Both the position numbers and the translations under genes were made by a program. This document shows positions 1-11,987 of a stretch of 64,000 nt of DNA, one piece after another. The DNA comes from Octopus vulgaris (taxonomy: Eukaryota). The notes beneath the pieces are model-generated. The model was not told the DNA's origin and searched no databases. It was given only the letters and a program-made list of their open reading frames with translations. The stretch covers positions 12,524,001 through 12,588,000 of the forward strand of contig OX597819.1 in assembly GCA_951406725.2 (NCBI GenBank), given 5' to 3'. How positions within the stretch are numbered: the first letter of the stretch is position 1; the number at the start of each line of letters is the position of its first letter.

Positions 1-138
1 TGACTTTAAACTTTTCACTCTGTCAATCGAAATCTAACCTCACTAATGGCCACACACCATCGCGATCTGCTGACAATCTTCAATCACCGTATCGAGAAAC
101 AAATATTTTAGACACTTTCCAGAGTGAATCTTCCCTAG
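1..138 (+). CDS. DZANK1: DZANK1-like gene, internal exon (5'-truncated by window edge)
   Basis: Open frame from nt 3 (TLNFSLCQSKSNLTNGHTPSRSADNLQSPYRETNILDTFQSESSL) ends CTA G|gtaaaa. Its phase-1 end fits the next exon (G+TT=Val). Confidence 0.6.
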
Positions 139-426
139 GTAAAAATTTCTATTCTACTGTTTTATATTTCAGAATTCCATAAACATTTATCATATTAAGA
201 GAGTATTGTGGCTCGCTGGATGCATTGTGTGTTGTTTGTGAAATGTAACGTGTCTGGAATGGTACAGCAATGCAGAGTGGACCATAATAACTGTTAGAAA
301 TAATTTAATTATTTCATGTTTTAGTATAATATTTTGGAATATAAAAATTCCTTCTTCAGAGATTGCTAGGAAGTTTGTAAAGAAATTTTGTAAAGGAGTG
401 GAAGCCCCAAAATTTGGGTAAACTTC

Positions 427-428
<2 letters not shown>

Positions 429-517
<89 letters not shown>

Positions 518-725
518 ATGTATGTATCTATGTATGTATCTGTATGTATCTATGTATATGTATGTGTGTATGTAGGTATGCATGTATGTTTCTATGTATG
601 TATCTGTATGTATGTATGTGTATGTAGGTATGCATGTATGTTTCTATGTATGTATGTATCTGTATGCGTGTTTGTATGTTTGTCTGTCTGTATGTATGTA
701 GGTGTGTATGTATGTAAGTTTGTGT
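429..725. repeat. (TG)n then degenerate (TATG)n microsatellite
   Basis: Directly visible in sequence. Confidence 0.95.
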
Positions 726-1102
726 ATGAATTGATGGATGGAAGGGCGACTAGATGTGTATTGATGGAGGAATGGACGTGTGTGTGTGTTATTTAGGAAT
801 GGATGTGTGGATGTATGCGAATTTGCTTTTAAAAACAAGAGTAAAAGTTCCGAAGACATGTGGTAATTGGTTTATTCATGTTGTTACTGTTACACATCCA
901 CATGTATATATATGCCAACGTATATGCATAACCATATATTATACATTCATGCTCACACACACAAAACAAATGTATGTATACGCACACCAAATACATATGC
1001 ATTGTATCGACCAAGTCATTAGTGTTGGACTAAATACCTTGTGGTATCATTTCAACTTTATTTTTCATCCTTTCAGCATTGAAAAATAAAATGCAAGTCC
1101 TT

Positions 1103-1461
1103 TATCTCTCTCTCTCTCTTTCAAGCCCCCTCTCTCTCTCACTCATTCTCTGTCTGTCTGTCTATCTCTCTCTCTGTCTATCTCTCTCTCTCTCTCACTC
1201 ACTCACTCTCTGTCTGTCTGTCTATGTCTTTGTCTGTCTCCCTCTCACTCACTCTCTGTTGTCTGTCTGTCTGTCTCTTTCTCACTCACTTCCTGTCTGT
1301 CTGTCTGTCTCTCTCTCTCTGTCTTAGTCTCTGTCTCTCTGTGCCTCTCACTCACTTTCTGTCTCTCACTCACCCTCTGTCTGTCTGTCTCTTTCACTCA
1401 CTCACTCACTCACTCTCTCTCTCACTCACTCTCTGTCTGTCTGTCTCTTTCACTCACTCAC

Positions 1462-1495
<34 letters not shown>
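1103..1495. repeat. CT/CTGT/CACT compound microsatellite
   Basis: Directly visible in sequence. Confidence 0.95.
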
Positions 1496-1591
1496 GTCTT
1501 TCACTGTATCTTTTAAACACACCACATGAGCCACAACCGTAACAACAACCTACCATTATGGCATCAATGTTGCTTTCTTCGTTTCGTGCAG

Positions 1592-1689
1592 TTTCTGGAG
1601 AGACCAGTGATGCATCAATGGTGTCATCCACCAACAAGAAGAAGAAAAAGAAGACTCGACGCCTCAACTCTAAAAAGCATAAACTCTCG
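1592..1689 (+). CDS. DZANK1: DZANK1-like exon, basic (NLS-like) linker
   Basis: Acceptor tgctttcttcgtttcgtgcag, donor gtaagc. Encodes (V)SGETSDASMVSSTNKKKKKKTRRLNSKKHKLS, phase 1 to 0. Confidence 0.75.
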
Positions 1690-1763
1690 GTAAGCACCGA
1701 ATTCCTTATAAAATCAATCACACTAAACTAGACACATGACTAATTGACGAATGGCAGAATGTT

Positions 1764-2271
1764 GAACTTATGAAATCCCTGATAATCTTGTAATCAAAGG
1801 GGATCACCCTTTTAAGTTCTTTGTTTAGGAAGAATGGTAAATGTCTGGAACTTATGAAATCCCTGATAATCTTGTAATCAAAGGGGATCACCCTTTTAAG
1901 TTCTTTGTTTAGGAAGAATGGTAAATGTCTGGAACTTATGAAATCCCTGATAATCTTGTAATCAAAGAGGATCACCCTTTTAAGTTCTTTGTTTAGGAAG
2001 AATGGTAAATGCCTGGAACTTATGAAATCCCTGATAATCTTGTAATCAAAGGGGATCACCCTTTTAAGTTCTTTGTTTAGAAAGAATGGTAAATGTCTGG
2101 AACTTATGAAATCCCTGATAATCTTGTAATCAAAGGGGATCACCCTTTTAAGTTCTTTGTTTAGGAAGAATGGTAAATGTCTGGAACTTATGAAATCCCT
2201 GATAATCTTGTAATCAAAGGGGATCACCCTTTTAAGTTCTTTGTTTAGGAAGAATGGTAAATGTCTGGAAC
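1764..2271. repeat. 84-bp minisatellite, 6 near-identical copies
   Basis: Units start gaacttatgaaatcc at 1764, 1848, 1932, 2016, 2100 and 2184. Confidence 0.97.
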
Positions 2272-3023
2272 ATTAGATTCTTTCACTGGTCGCAGAAGCT
2301 CAAAGGACCAAATTCTTTTGTAGGTTAAGTTTTAGCAACAAAAGTGCAATCATGGGTATGTGCTGGAGAAGTTCACTTCCCAGGCCTGTAGTGTTGGGTT
2401 CAATCTTACTGAATGGTACCTTGGGCAAAAGTCTTCTATTATAGCCCTGGGTCAAGTCATACCTTGTCGATGGATTTGGTGGACAGAAGCTGAAGAAAGA
2501 ACTTCTGAAAGTAAGCTTCCAGGGCTTCTTTCAGTTTCTGCCAACCAAATCCACTCACAAGGTTTTTGTTGGCCCAAGGCTATAGTAGAAGACAAGGTAC
2601 CACACAGTGGGACTGAACCCGGAAACAAGTGGTTGGGAAGCAAGCTTCCTACCACACAGCCACTCCTATAATTCTACCATTTCACTGCCTTATTCCATGA
2701 TGAAATATATTATGATCCCACAAACTAATTACTTATTTTCGTGTACACATTTAATCCTCTAACATTCATATTTCTCTGTCAAATGTAATACTTCTTTATT
2801 CCCATTATTTTGAATTAATCACATATTGTCTCATAGCTTCAAGATTTCAATGATGTGATTGTCTATTTTCAAAATGACATTGTAGGGTATGCGTGAGAGG
2901 CTGAATCTGGCCAGTTTAAACATAAAACAAAGTAGAATATTTGGGCCTTATATGGCTTGGGTTGGTGTGAATGTCATACTATACTTTGTAGAAATAATGA
3001 TGATTGATGTCATATTTTTTCAG

Positions 3024-3104
3024 GCAATTGACAAGAATTTGTTCCAGCAGTTTTGTGTTAATGGAGAAGGTGATATCAAAGAAGTCCAACGCCTTTTTGA
3101 TGAA
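3024..3104 (+). CDS. DZANK1: DZANK1-like exon
   Basis: ttttttcag acceptor, gtaagt donor. Encodes AIDKNLFQQFCVNGEGDIKEVQRLFDE, resembling the recalled human DZANK1 GEGRVSVIEQLLDE segment. Confidence 0.85.
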
Positions 3105-3242
3105 GTAAGTATTTCTAGTAATAATACAGTTTCATGACATCATTTTCTTTTTTATATATTGTTTTATTTATTTATAATTTTTGTTGTATTATTTAGTTTC
3201 CAGAACAAAGTGGAATGGTTTCTGCAGAATTTGCATATACTC

Positions 3243-3655
3243 TCTTTTTACTCTTTTACTTGTTTCAGTCATTTGACTGTGGCCATGCTGGAGCACACGT
3301 TTGGTCGAGCAAATCGACCCCAGGACTTATTCTTTGTAAGCCTAGTACTTATTCTATTGGTCTCTTTTGCTGAACTGCTAAGTTACGGGGATGTAAACAC
3401 ACCAACATCAGTTGTCAAGCGATGTTAGGGGGACAAATACAGGCACACAAACATATACACACATGCATACATATATATATATACATATATACAATGGGCT
3501 TCTTTCAGTTTCCATCTACCAAATCCACTCACAAGGCTTTGGTCGGCCTGGGGCTATAGCAGAAGACACTTGCTCAAGGTGCCACGCAGTGGGACTGAAC
3601 CTGGAACCATGTGGTTCGTAAGCAAGCTAATTACCACACAGCCACTCCTACGCCT
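3243..3655 (-). mobile_element. tRNA-derived SINE family A (tRNA-like head, central TA/TG microsatellite, tail aatgactgaaacaagtaaaagag), full copy
   Basis: The same consensus recurs through the window, approximately at 7035-7420(-), 8965-9580(+), 11080-11545(+), 19050-19420(+), 25770-26120(-), 34894-35280(+), 41128-41463(-) and 56180-56478(-). Confidence 0.85.
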
Positions 3656-4960
3656 ATTTGTATTTCTTTAAAAGAGATTCAAACAATTTCTACATTTAGG
3701 AATCATTTCCATCATTGATGAAATGCAAAGAATGACAAGGCACAGATGTGGCTTGTTTGCCAACCATGTTGCCTTGGGTTCAGCCCCACTTTGTGGCACC
3801 TTGGAGTGCCTTATGCTCTAGCCCCAGAGCCTTGTGAGAGGATTGGGAGACAGAAACTGAAAGAAGCCTGTTATGTGTGTGTGTGTGTGTGAGGTATGGC
3901 TATGTCCTGAAAAACTGGCTTCCCAACCACATGGTTTTAGGTTCAGTTCCATTACGTGGCTCCTTGGGCAAATGTCTTCTGTTATGGTCCTCAGACAACC
4001 AATACTTTGTAAATGAATTTAGGTCGACAGAAACTGAAACAAGTCTGTTGTGTGTGTTTGTCCCAAGCACTTGCCAACTGCTGTTGGAGTGTGACTTTGT
4101 GGTTCAGCAAAAGAGATCAATAGAACAAGTACCAAGCTTAAGACAGATGAGTACTGGAGGGGAGGTGTCAATGCGTTCAACTAAAAAGTCTGCAAGACAG
4201 TGCTCCAGCATGGCCACAGCTTAATGACTGAAACAATTAAAAGATAAAAGATAAAGACACCAAAATAGTTTCTCATTAAAACTGATGCTGAGGTGAGTTT
4301 GTCTCAAAACTCAAGTTTCACACCATTGTGTTTTGCCTGAAGATCACAATGGCATGAAACTCCGGTGGTGAGACGGACTCTTCAGTTTTAATAAGAATCA
4401 TATTCTATACAACATGTATTGAGTACTCTTTTCTCATTCGTTTGACATTAAGCAATGTATGTATATAGTTCTGAGTGTGTGTGAGTTAGTCTCCACATGT
4501 CTTTACACTGACACTATTCGGGCAGTGAAGAAACACCACCAATCATTTTGTCTGACGCACCAGTTATTCTGCTCCCTTGCTGCCTTGATGATAATAATAA
4601 TAACAATAATAATTGTGTACAGTGCTCAGGTGCACTACAACTCATCTAAAGTGTATATATAATCAGGTGTAGTTTCGGCGGATTTCGGAAAGCATGAGGG
4701 CCTTAAAGGATGCAGTGTCATGGCAGTCAACAACTGTCATGGCAGACAAAATACCGCTAAGCATTTTGCCCCACATGTTAACAATTCTGCCTGCTTGCTG
4801 CCTTCAGTAATAATAATAATTTTGATATGAGATCATCATGTGATGCATGTGCCTGGTGTACCCTTATCAGACAGGTAGTCATGATGAGTATACTGGGCTT
4901 CGTATATTTTACCCCAGTGTCACTTTGATGGCATGCACTGCTCTCTCACTCAATAATAAT

Positions 4961-5600
4961 AGTAGGTGCAGTTAGCACAACAACGAAAATGCTACATAAA
5001 AAACTCTGATAGAAATTGGAATTGAAACTTGCATTATTGACCTGCAGAAAAGTACTATTTTATATTCTACAAGAATCTTAACCATTTCATTATTGTATTT
5101 ATTTTGAGATGCTCTGTGTTTCTTTCAATTAATTTTAAATATAACAAAGAATTTAGGAAAATAACTTAGTTATCATTAAGCTAGTGTCAGGAACATCAAT
5201 TGTGACTAAGGTTTGGTGGAAGATTTTAATTTAAAACTTATGAAAACAAGACATTTGTACTATAGAACCAGAGCTGGTTTCAGCCAGGTTGGTAATGAAA
5301 GGGTTAAGAATTGTTTGTCTATTATATATTTTAACCCTTTTGTTACCATATTTATTTTGAGATGCTCTGTGTTTCTTTCAATTACTTTAAATATAACAAA
5401 GAATTTAGTAAAAATATCATTCAGCTAGTGTTAGGAACATAAATTGTGACTCAGGTTTGGTGGAAGATTTTAATTCAAAACTTATGAAAACAAGACATTT
5501 GTTCTACAGAGCTAGAGCCAGTTTTGGCCGGGTTGGTAATGAAAGGGTTAAGAAGAATTCTTGAGATTTGAGGAGACTTGTCATCAAATCTCAAGATAAA
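4961..5600 (+). mobile_element. R4/Dong-like RLE 3' fragment split by the MITE dimer
   Basis: Removing the MITE at its TTAA restores IETCIIDLQKSTILYSTRILRRILEI*. Flanked by (TAA)n. Confidence 0.55.
5078..5551. mobile_element. TTAA-flanked piggyBac-type MITE, tandem dimer
   Basis: Units of about 225 bp, TTAA-CCCTTT...AAAGGG-TTAA, joined by a 23-bp spacer. Confidence 0.85.
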
Positions 5601-6089
5601 ATACCTGCTAACTAAATAAGCATGCACTATTGTAAATATGATAATGATGATGATAATAGTAATAATAATAATAATAATAATAATGATGATAATTTCTATG
5701 TAACCTAAGCATGCACTATTGTAAATATGATAATGATGATGATAATAGTAATAATAATAATAATGATAATTTCTATGTAACCTCAAGTTTTAATTTCTAT
5801 GTAACCTCAAGTTTTAAAACAAACATAACTTTCGTTTTTTTTTCCTTTATTTTTAGGCATTCACTAGTACAGCACTAAATACAAAACCAAATATATGGCA
5901 CACTAGGCATAACAATACGAACTTCCAACCTGTTGTCTCTTGAGTCTCTGGGTGAGACTTGGAGCCAACTTGTACAAATATAAAGCAAAAGTCAAACATA
6001 GGATAATAATAATAATAATAATAGAAATAATAATGATAATAACAACAATAATAAAAAATAATAATAATAATAATAATATATAATTTCAG

Positions 6090-6223
6090 GGTGCTGATCC
6101 AAACTGTACAAATAAAAATGATTTCTCAGTTCTTCATGTGGCTGTGAAGAATAAGCACAAAGACTGTATACCTGTCATTGTCCAGGCTGGTGCTGATATA
6201 CACCGTAAAGGCCCCGTATCTTG
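6090..6223 (+). CDS. DZANK1: DZANK1-like exon, ankyrin repeat
   Basis: tttcag acceptor, gtaagt donor. Encodes GADPNCTNKNDFSVLHVAVKNKHKDCIPVIVQAGADIHRKGPVS, phase 0 to 2, ankyrin consensus. Confidence 0.9.
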
Positions 6224-7678
6224 GTAAGTATAACCCCTTTTCTCAAAAGGAATTTAAGTAACATTATATTGATTAAATATCTGAGACAAGCTACCATCAT
6301 TAATAAGATTATTATTTATCAGACTATCAGCAGAAACTTTATAGCTGGATGCCCTTCCAGATGCCAACCACTTCGCAGTGTAGACTGGGTGCTTTTAAGT
6401 GGCACCTGCACTGACAGGGTCACCAAGTACTTGCAAGACAAAAAAAAACAACTTTCAAGAGAGAAGGGGGCATTGGAGGAGGTATTCTTGTTTCTGATGA
6501 TGAAAGGTTATAGTAAGACAGAGACACAGAAACAGGTGTCTTACTTCGAATTAATAACAAGGTAGGGAAAAATACCTTCAACCCACATATACATACATGC
6601 ATGTATATACATGCATGCACGCACACACACATGCATGTATATATGTTGTGGGAAGTAACTCAGTAAAAGGTATTGTGGTGACTTAGCTATTCTCTAAATG
6701 GGGATTGATACAGGAAGTAGCAGACCGAGTGCTGTGGTTGAGTTTATTGACTTAAATTGTTGAACATAATGCCCCAGCATGGTCTCAGTCTATTGAATAA
6801 AACCAGTAAAATCTATGGTTAAGAGCAGGAAGGATTACTAAATCTCCTTCTTGTGTCTGGTGACACTAACGATGTGGCACCAATGACGTGGCGCCAATGA
6901 TGTGGCACTACATCTCAGTTCTCTATAATCGGTAAAAGAATAACGTTTGAGGTTTTATTCTGTTTCAAAAATGAAACAAAATGAATGGAAAAAGTAAAAA
7001 GTATATGAATTTATATGAATTCACATACAATATCTTTTATCTTTTACTTGATTCAGTCACTGGACTGTGGCCATGCTGGGGCAATGCCTTGGAGGGTTTT
7101 ACTCAAATAAATCGATCCCAGTTCTTATTTCTTATGTCTGGTGCTTATTCTCTTTTTCCAAACTGCTATGTTACGAGGACATAAACAAACCAACACCAGT
7201 TTCTAAATGGTGGATGAGAACAAACACAAAGACACACACACACACGTATATATTATAATGGGCTTCTACATAGTTTTCATCTTCGAAATTCACTCACAAG
7301 ACATTGGTGGGCCTGGGGCTTTTGTAGAAGTCACTTGCACAAAGTGTCACACAGTGGGACTGAACCCAGAACCATGTGGTTACTAAGCAGGTTTCTTAAC
7401 CTCACAGCCATATCTGTGCATCTGATATCTCCATCATTTCTTCCAGTTTTAGTTTCCTGTTCTCAGAGAATGAATTCTTTCTGACAGATATTCCGTTGTG
7501 ATGGCATCACCAATGTCTACCATCCTTGTTGTGATTTTATTTTAATGAAGTTGTGAAATTAGTGAATCAATTGCATATTCATTAGGGAAAATGACGATAT
7601 GATTTTCTTCAAAACTTTCACTGTATTGCTGTTGTCCATAATTTCTAAATGAATTTTCCGTAAATAATGGTTTTAAAC

Positions 7679-7970
7679 TGCATTCTATAAATTCAAAAGT
7701 TTGCTTTAGAAGCGTTGAGATGCATTGAAAAATACAGAAAATAATTTATTCTCAAATGCATGATAACACTAATACAATAGCATGTACAGGATAAACTAGC
7801 CATACATGGCAGAAAAAATTGTTACCAGCCAGCCAGCCATGAGACTTGAACTCACATCCCTGTAATTACGTGTCAAGTGCTTTACAGGGATGTTCAAGTC
7901 TCATGGCAGGCTGGTAACAATTTTTTCTGCAATATATGGATAGTTTATCCTGTACATGCTATTGTATTAA
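7679..7970. repeat. Foldback (palindromic) element with tRNA-like centre, copy 1; right arm continues at 8702-8737
   Basis: aatacaatagcatgtacaggataaacta ... tagtttatcctgtacatgctattgtatt. Confidence 0.85.
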
Positions 7971-8701
7971 CCCTTTCGTTACTGTATTTATTTTGAAAGG
8001 CTCTGTGTTTCTTTCAATTAATTTTAAATATAACAAAGAATTTAGTAAAATAACTTAGTTATCATTCAGCTAGTGTTAGGAACTTAAATTGTGACTAAGG
8101 TTTGGTGGAAGATTTTAATGCAAAACTTATGAAAACAAGACATTTGTACTATGGAACCAGAGCCGGTTTCAGCCAGGTTGGTAACAAAAGATTTAAGAAT
8201 TGTTTGTCTATTATATATTTTAACCCTTTTGTTACCATATTTCTGTTGAGATTCTCTGTGGTGTTTCTTTCAATTATTTTAAATATAACAAAGAATTTAG
8301 GAAAATGACTTAGTTATCATTGAGCTGGTGTTACGAACAGAAATTGTGACTAAGGTTTGGTGGAAGATTTTAATTTAGAACTTATGAAAACAACACATTT
8401 GTACTATAGAACCAGAGCTGGTTTCAGCCAGGTTGATATCAAAAGGGTTAAGAATGGTTTGTCTATTATATATTTTAATCCTTTTGTTACCATATTTCTG
8501 TTGAGATGCTCTGTGTTTCTTTCAATTAATTTTAAATATAACAAAGAATTTAGTAAAATAACTTGGTTGTCATTCAGCTAGTGTTAGGAACATAAATTGT
8601 GACTAAGGTTTGGTGGAAGATTTTAATTCAAAACTTATGGAAACAAGACATTTGTACTCAGAGCTAGAGCCGGTTTTGGCTGGGTTGGTAACGAAAGGTT
8701 A
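7967..8701. mobile_element. Same MITE, tandem trimer
   Basis: Three units, spacers at 8197-8219 and 8452-8474. Confidence 0.85.
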
Positions 8702-8820
8702 TCATGCATTTGGGAATAAATTATTTTCTGTATCTTTGCATTCTATAAATATTTAATCAAGCCAAAAACATATCCTGCAGCATTGCAATACTGAAGAACT
8801 TGATTTGCTTTACTTTGCAG

Positions 8821-8895
8821 TCAAGGAAACACTGTTTTACATGAAGCTGTCAAGTTTGGAGATGAAGGTCTTGAGATTGTTGACACACTACTTCG
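8821..8895 (+). CDS. DZANK1: DZANK1-like exon, ankyrin repeat (75 nt, phase 2-2)
   Basis: tactttgcag acceptor, gtaagt donor. Encodes (C)QGNTVLHEAVKFGDEGLEIVDTLL(R), with a GxTxLH ankyrin motif. Confidence 0.9.
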
Positions 8896-9368
8896 GTAAG
8901 TAAACAGTTTCCCTTTTTTTTTTCACCCTTTAATACAAACAAATGAAATTATTTTCAACTGTATATGCATAGGAGTGGCTGTGTGGTAAGTAACTTGCTT
9001 ACCAACCATATGGTTCCGGGTTCATTCCCACTGTGTGGCAGCTTGGGCAAGTGTCTTCTACTATAGCCTCGGGCCAACCAAAGCCTTGTGAGTGAATTTG
9101 GTTGACGGAAATTGAAAAGAAGCCCGTCGTATATATGTATATATATATATGTACATGTGTGTATATGTTTGTGTCTCTGTATTTGTCCCCCTAGCATTGC
9201 TTGACAACCGATGCTGGTGTGTTTACGTCCCCGTCACTTAGTGGTTCGGCAAAAAGAGACTGATAGAATAAGTACTGGGCTTACAAAGAATAAGTCCGGG
9301 GTCGATTTGCTCAACTAAAGGCGGTGCTCCAGCATGGCCGCAGTCAAATGACTGAAACAAGTAAAAGA

Positions 9369-9401
<33 letters not shown>

Positions 9402-10269
9402 TGTGTGTACATGTTTGTGTCTCTGTGTTTGTCCCCCCAACATTGCTTGACAGCCGATGCTGGTGTGTTTACATCCCCATAACTTAGCAGCTTGGCAAAA
9501 GAGACCAATAGAATAAGTACTAGGCTTACAAAGTATATGTCCTGGGGTCACACTCAAATGACTGAAACTAGTAAAAGAGTGTATATAATATAACACTTTG
9601 GTGTAACAATAACATAAATATAGAGCTGAAAATTCATCTGTACAAAGCAGTAATACTGCCAATAGCGATCTATGCTGCTGAGATCTGGAAGATGACAGCA
9701 AAAATCACCCCCAACTCAATGTGTTTCATCAGTAGTGTCTCAGAAAGATCTTAAGAATCACTTATCCACCCATAAAAATGTGTAACTTTTTCTTTTCTCA
9801 ATTTAACGATTCAGTTTCAGTTGAACAAATCATTTCAGTTAAAATGACGACAAACCGTTTCAAAACAAATTAAAACTTACAAGCTCAGTGAATTGATAAT
9901 TTTAATGAAAGAGCCATTCGAAAGTTAGCGGAAAAAAAAAAAAATGAATGTTAAGAAATGGTTTTCAGGTAAAGGGAGGCAATTACGGCAGTCATAAGAT
10001 TTAAGTAGAACAAGAGTTGTCTCCCGTAAATTTATTTTATACTAGTATTTTATGAATGATAAATCTCATTGGTTATAGATTGCCAATGAGTCGGTCGCTG
10101 ATTTCATGCATGTCTGATGGAAGAAGATGTACGACACGATATTTTTTTTAGACGCTGGACAAATCGAAATCGTGGTAAAAGACAATTTCCCTAGGCGATG
10201 CGTTGTAGAATTTAACAAGCTCGTTGGGAAACAAACTTGACTTATATAACCAAACATTCACCCCACAAA

Positions 10270-11069
10270 TATAAATATATATAAAACTCTAGTTGTGTGA
10301 GTGTCTGTCCCCTTCGATTTAGATTCCTAACTACTCCCACATTTTGCGGTGCAGTTTAACCAAATTCGGGTATCTTATAGTCGTGATTCATATCGAACCC
10401 GTCTGGCTATTAGCGCGCGTCAACGATGAGTCTACGATTTTAAAAATAATTTAACATCATTTTTTATTCCATTTTAATGCATAATCTTTCGTGTGTCAAT
10501 GGCGGCGGAGTTGGCGTCCACGCTCACAGCTGCACCTGTTTGCTTCTCCCCCTTCCCTCCCTCGTGAAGCTGTGGGGAAGGGAATGTAAAGAAATCAACG
10601 TCGTAATGCGTTGTCAAGGAGACCAGCGTTCTTCTAGAACAACGACTTCATGGCTTGAAGACACCAAAACCGAAATGGCTAAGAAAGCCCGAATTGGCAT
10701 CTATAAGGGAAGTAACTCTCCAAAAATGCTTATATAGTTATTTCCCTTACAAACCCGAGCAACACTGCTAGTCTTTATATATAAAAGTAAGGTTGTGTGT
10801 CTGTCTGCTACGATTTAGATTCCTAACTACTCCCACATTTTGCAGTGCAGTTTAACCAAAACCGAGTATCTTATAGTCGTGATTCATATTGAGCCCTTCT
10901 GGGTATTAGCGCGTGTCTACGATGAGTCTACGATTTAAAAAAAAATTTACCATAATTTTTTCCCATTTTTAATGCATTTTTCGCTATTATATAAGGGAAG
11001 TAACTCTCTAAAAATACTTATATAGTTATTTCCCTTACAAACCCGAGCAACGCCGGGCGATACTGCTTG
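10270..11069 (+). mobile_element. Two tandem non-autonomous Helitrons (about 10270-10771 and 10772-11069)
   Basis: The second copy starts TC(tttatatataaaa) directly after the first copy's CTAG, and carries the subterminal hairpin cccgagcaacgccggg. Confidence 0.8.
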
Positions 11070-11705
11070 TATAAATATATAGGTGCAGGCGTGGCTGTGT
11101 GGTAAGAAGCTCGCTTCCCAACCACATGGTTCCAAGTTCTGTCCCACTGCGTAGTACCTCGGGTAAGTGTCTTCTATAGCTTCAGGCCAGCTAGAGTCTT
11201 GTGAGGGGATTTGGTAAATAGAAAATCCGTGTGTGTGTCTTTGCCTTTCATCCTTTCAGAGTCGATTAAATAAGTACCAGTTACGCACTGGGGTCGATGT
11301 AATCGACTTAATCCGTTTGTCCCCTCTGTGTTAAGAAATAAAAAACTCCGTGTGTGTGTCTTTATATCAGTGTTTGTCCTCCACCATTGCCTGGCAACCG
11401 ACGTTGGTGTGTTTACATTCCTGTAACGTAGCGGTTCGGTAAAAAGACCAATTGAACAATTATTTGACTCAAAGGAAAAAAAAAAAGTATTGGGATTGGT
11501 TCATTTGGCTAAAAATTCTTCAAGGCAGTGTCTCAGCCCTGAAACAAAAAATATAGTTATTGACCAATGTTGTTTTTTTTTTTTTTTGCCCTCACTGCAT
11601 AATTATTCTGTTTAGAATTTAAATGCTCCCTTCAATAAATTATGAATAATAGCTTTGTCTTATAACAGCGTCATCTGTGAACTATACTAAATGTATATAC
11701 ACCCT

Positions 11706-11987
11706 TTAATACAATACAATAGCATGTACAGGATAAACTATCCATATATTGCAGAAAAAATTGTTACCAGCCTGCCATGAGACTTGAACATCCCTGTAAA
11801 GCACTTGACACGTAATTACAGGGATGTGAGTTCGAGTCTCATGGCTGGTCGGTAACGAATTTTTCTGCAATATATGGATAATCTATCCTGTTCATGCTAT
11901 TGTATTAGTGTTATCATGCATTTGAGAATAAATTATTTTCTGTATCTTTCAATGCATCTCAATGCAAACTTTTGAATTTATAGAATG
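11706..11987. repeat. Foldback element copy 2, inverted relative to copy 1
   Basis: Near reverse complement of 7681-7970; T-arm/B-box-like GTGAGTTCGAGTCTCAT. Confidence 0.85.

Noticed and set aside
1718-2271. CRISPR-like array or 28-aa repeat protein
   Set aside because: Units are identical end to end with no unique spacers, there are no cas genes, and the context is a eukaryotic intron. The ORF exists only because 84 is divisible by 3.
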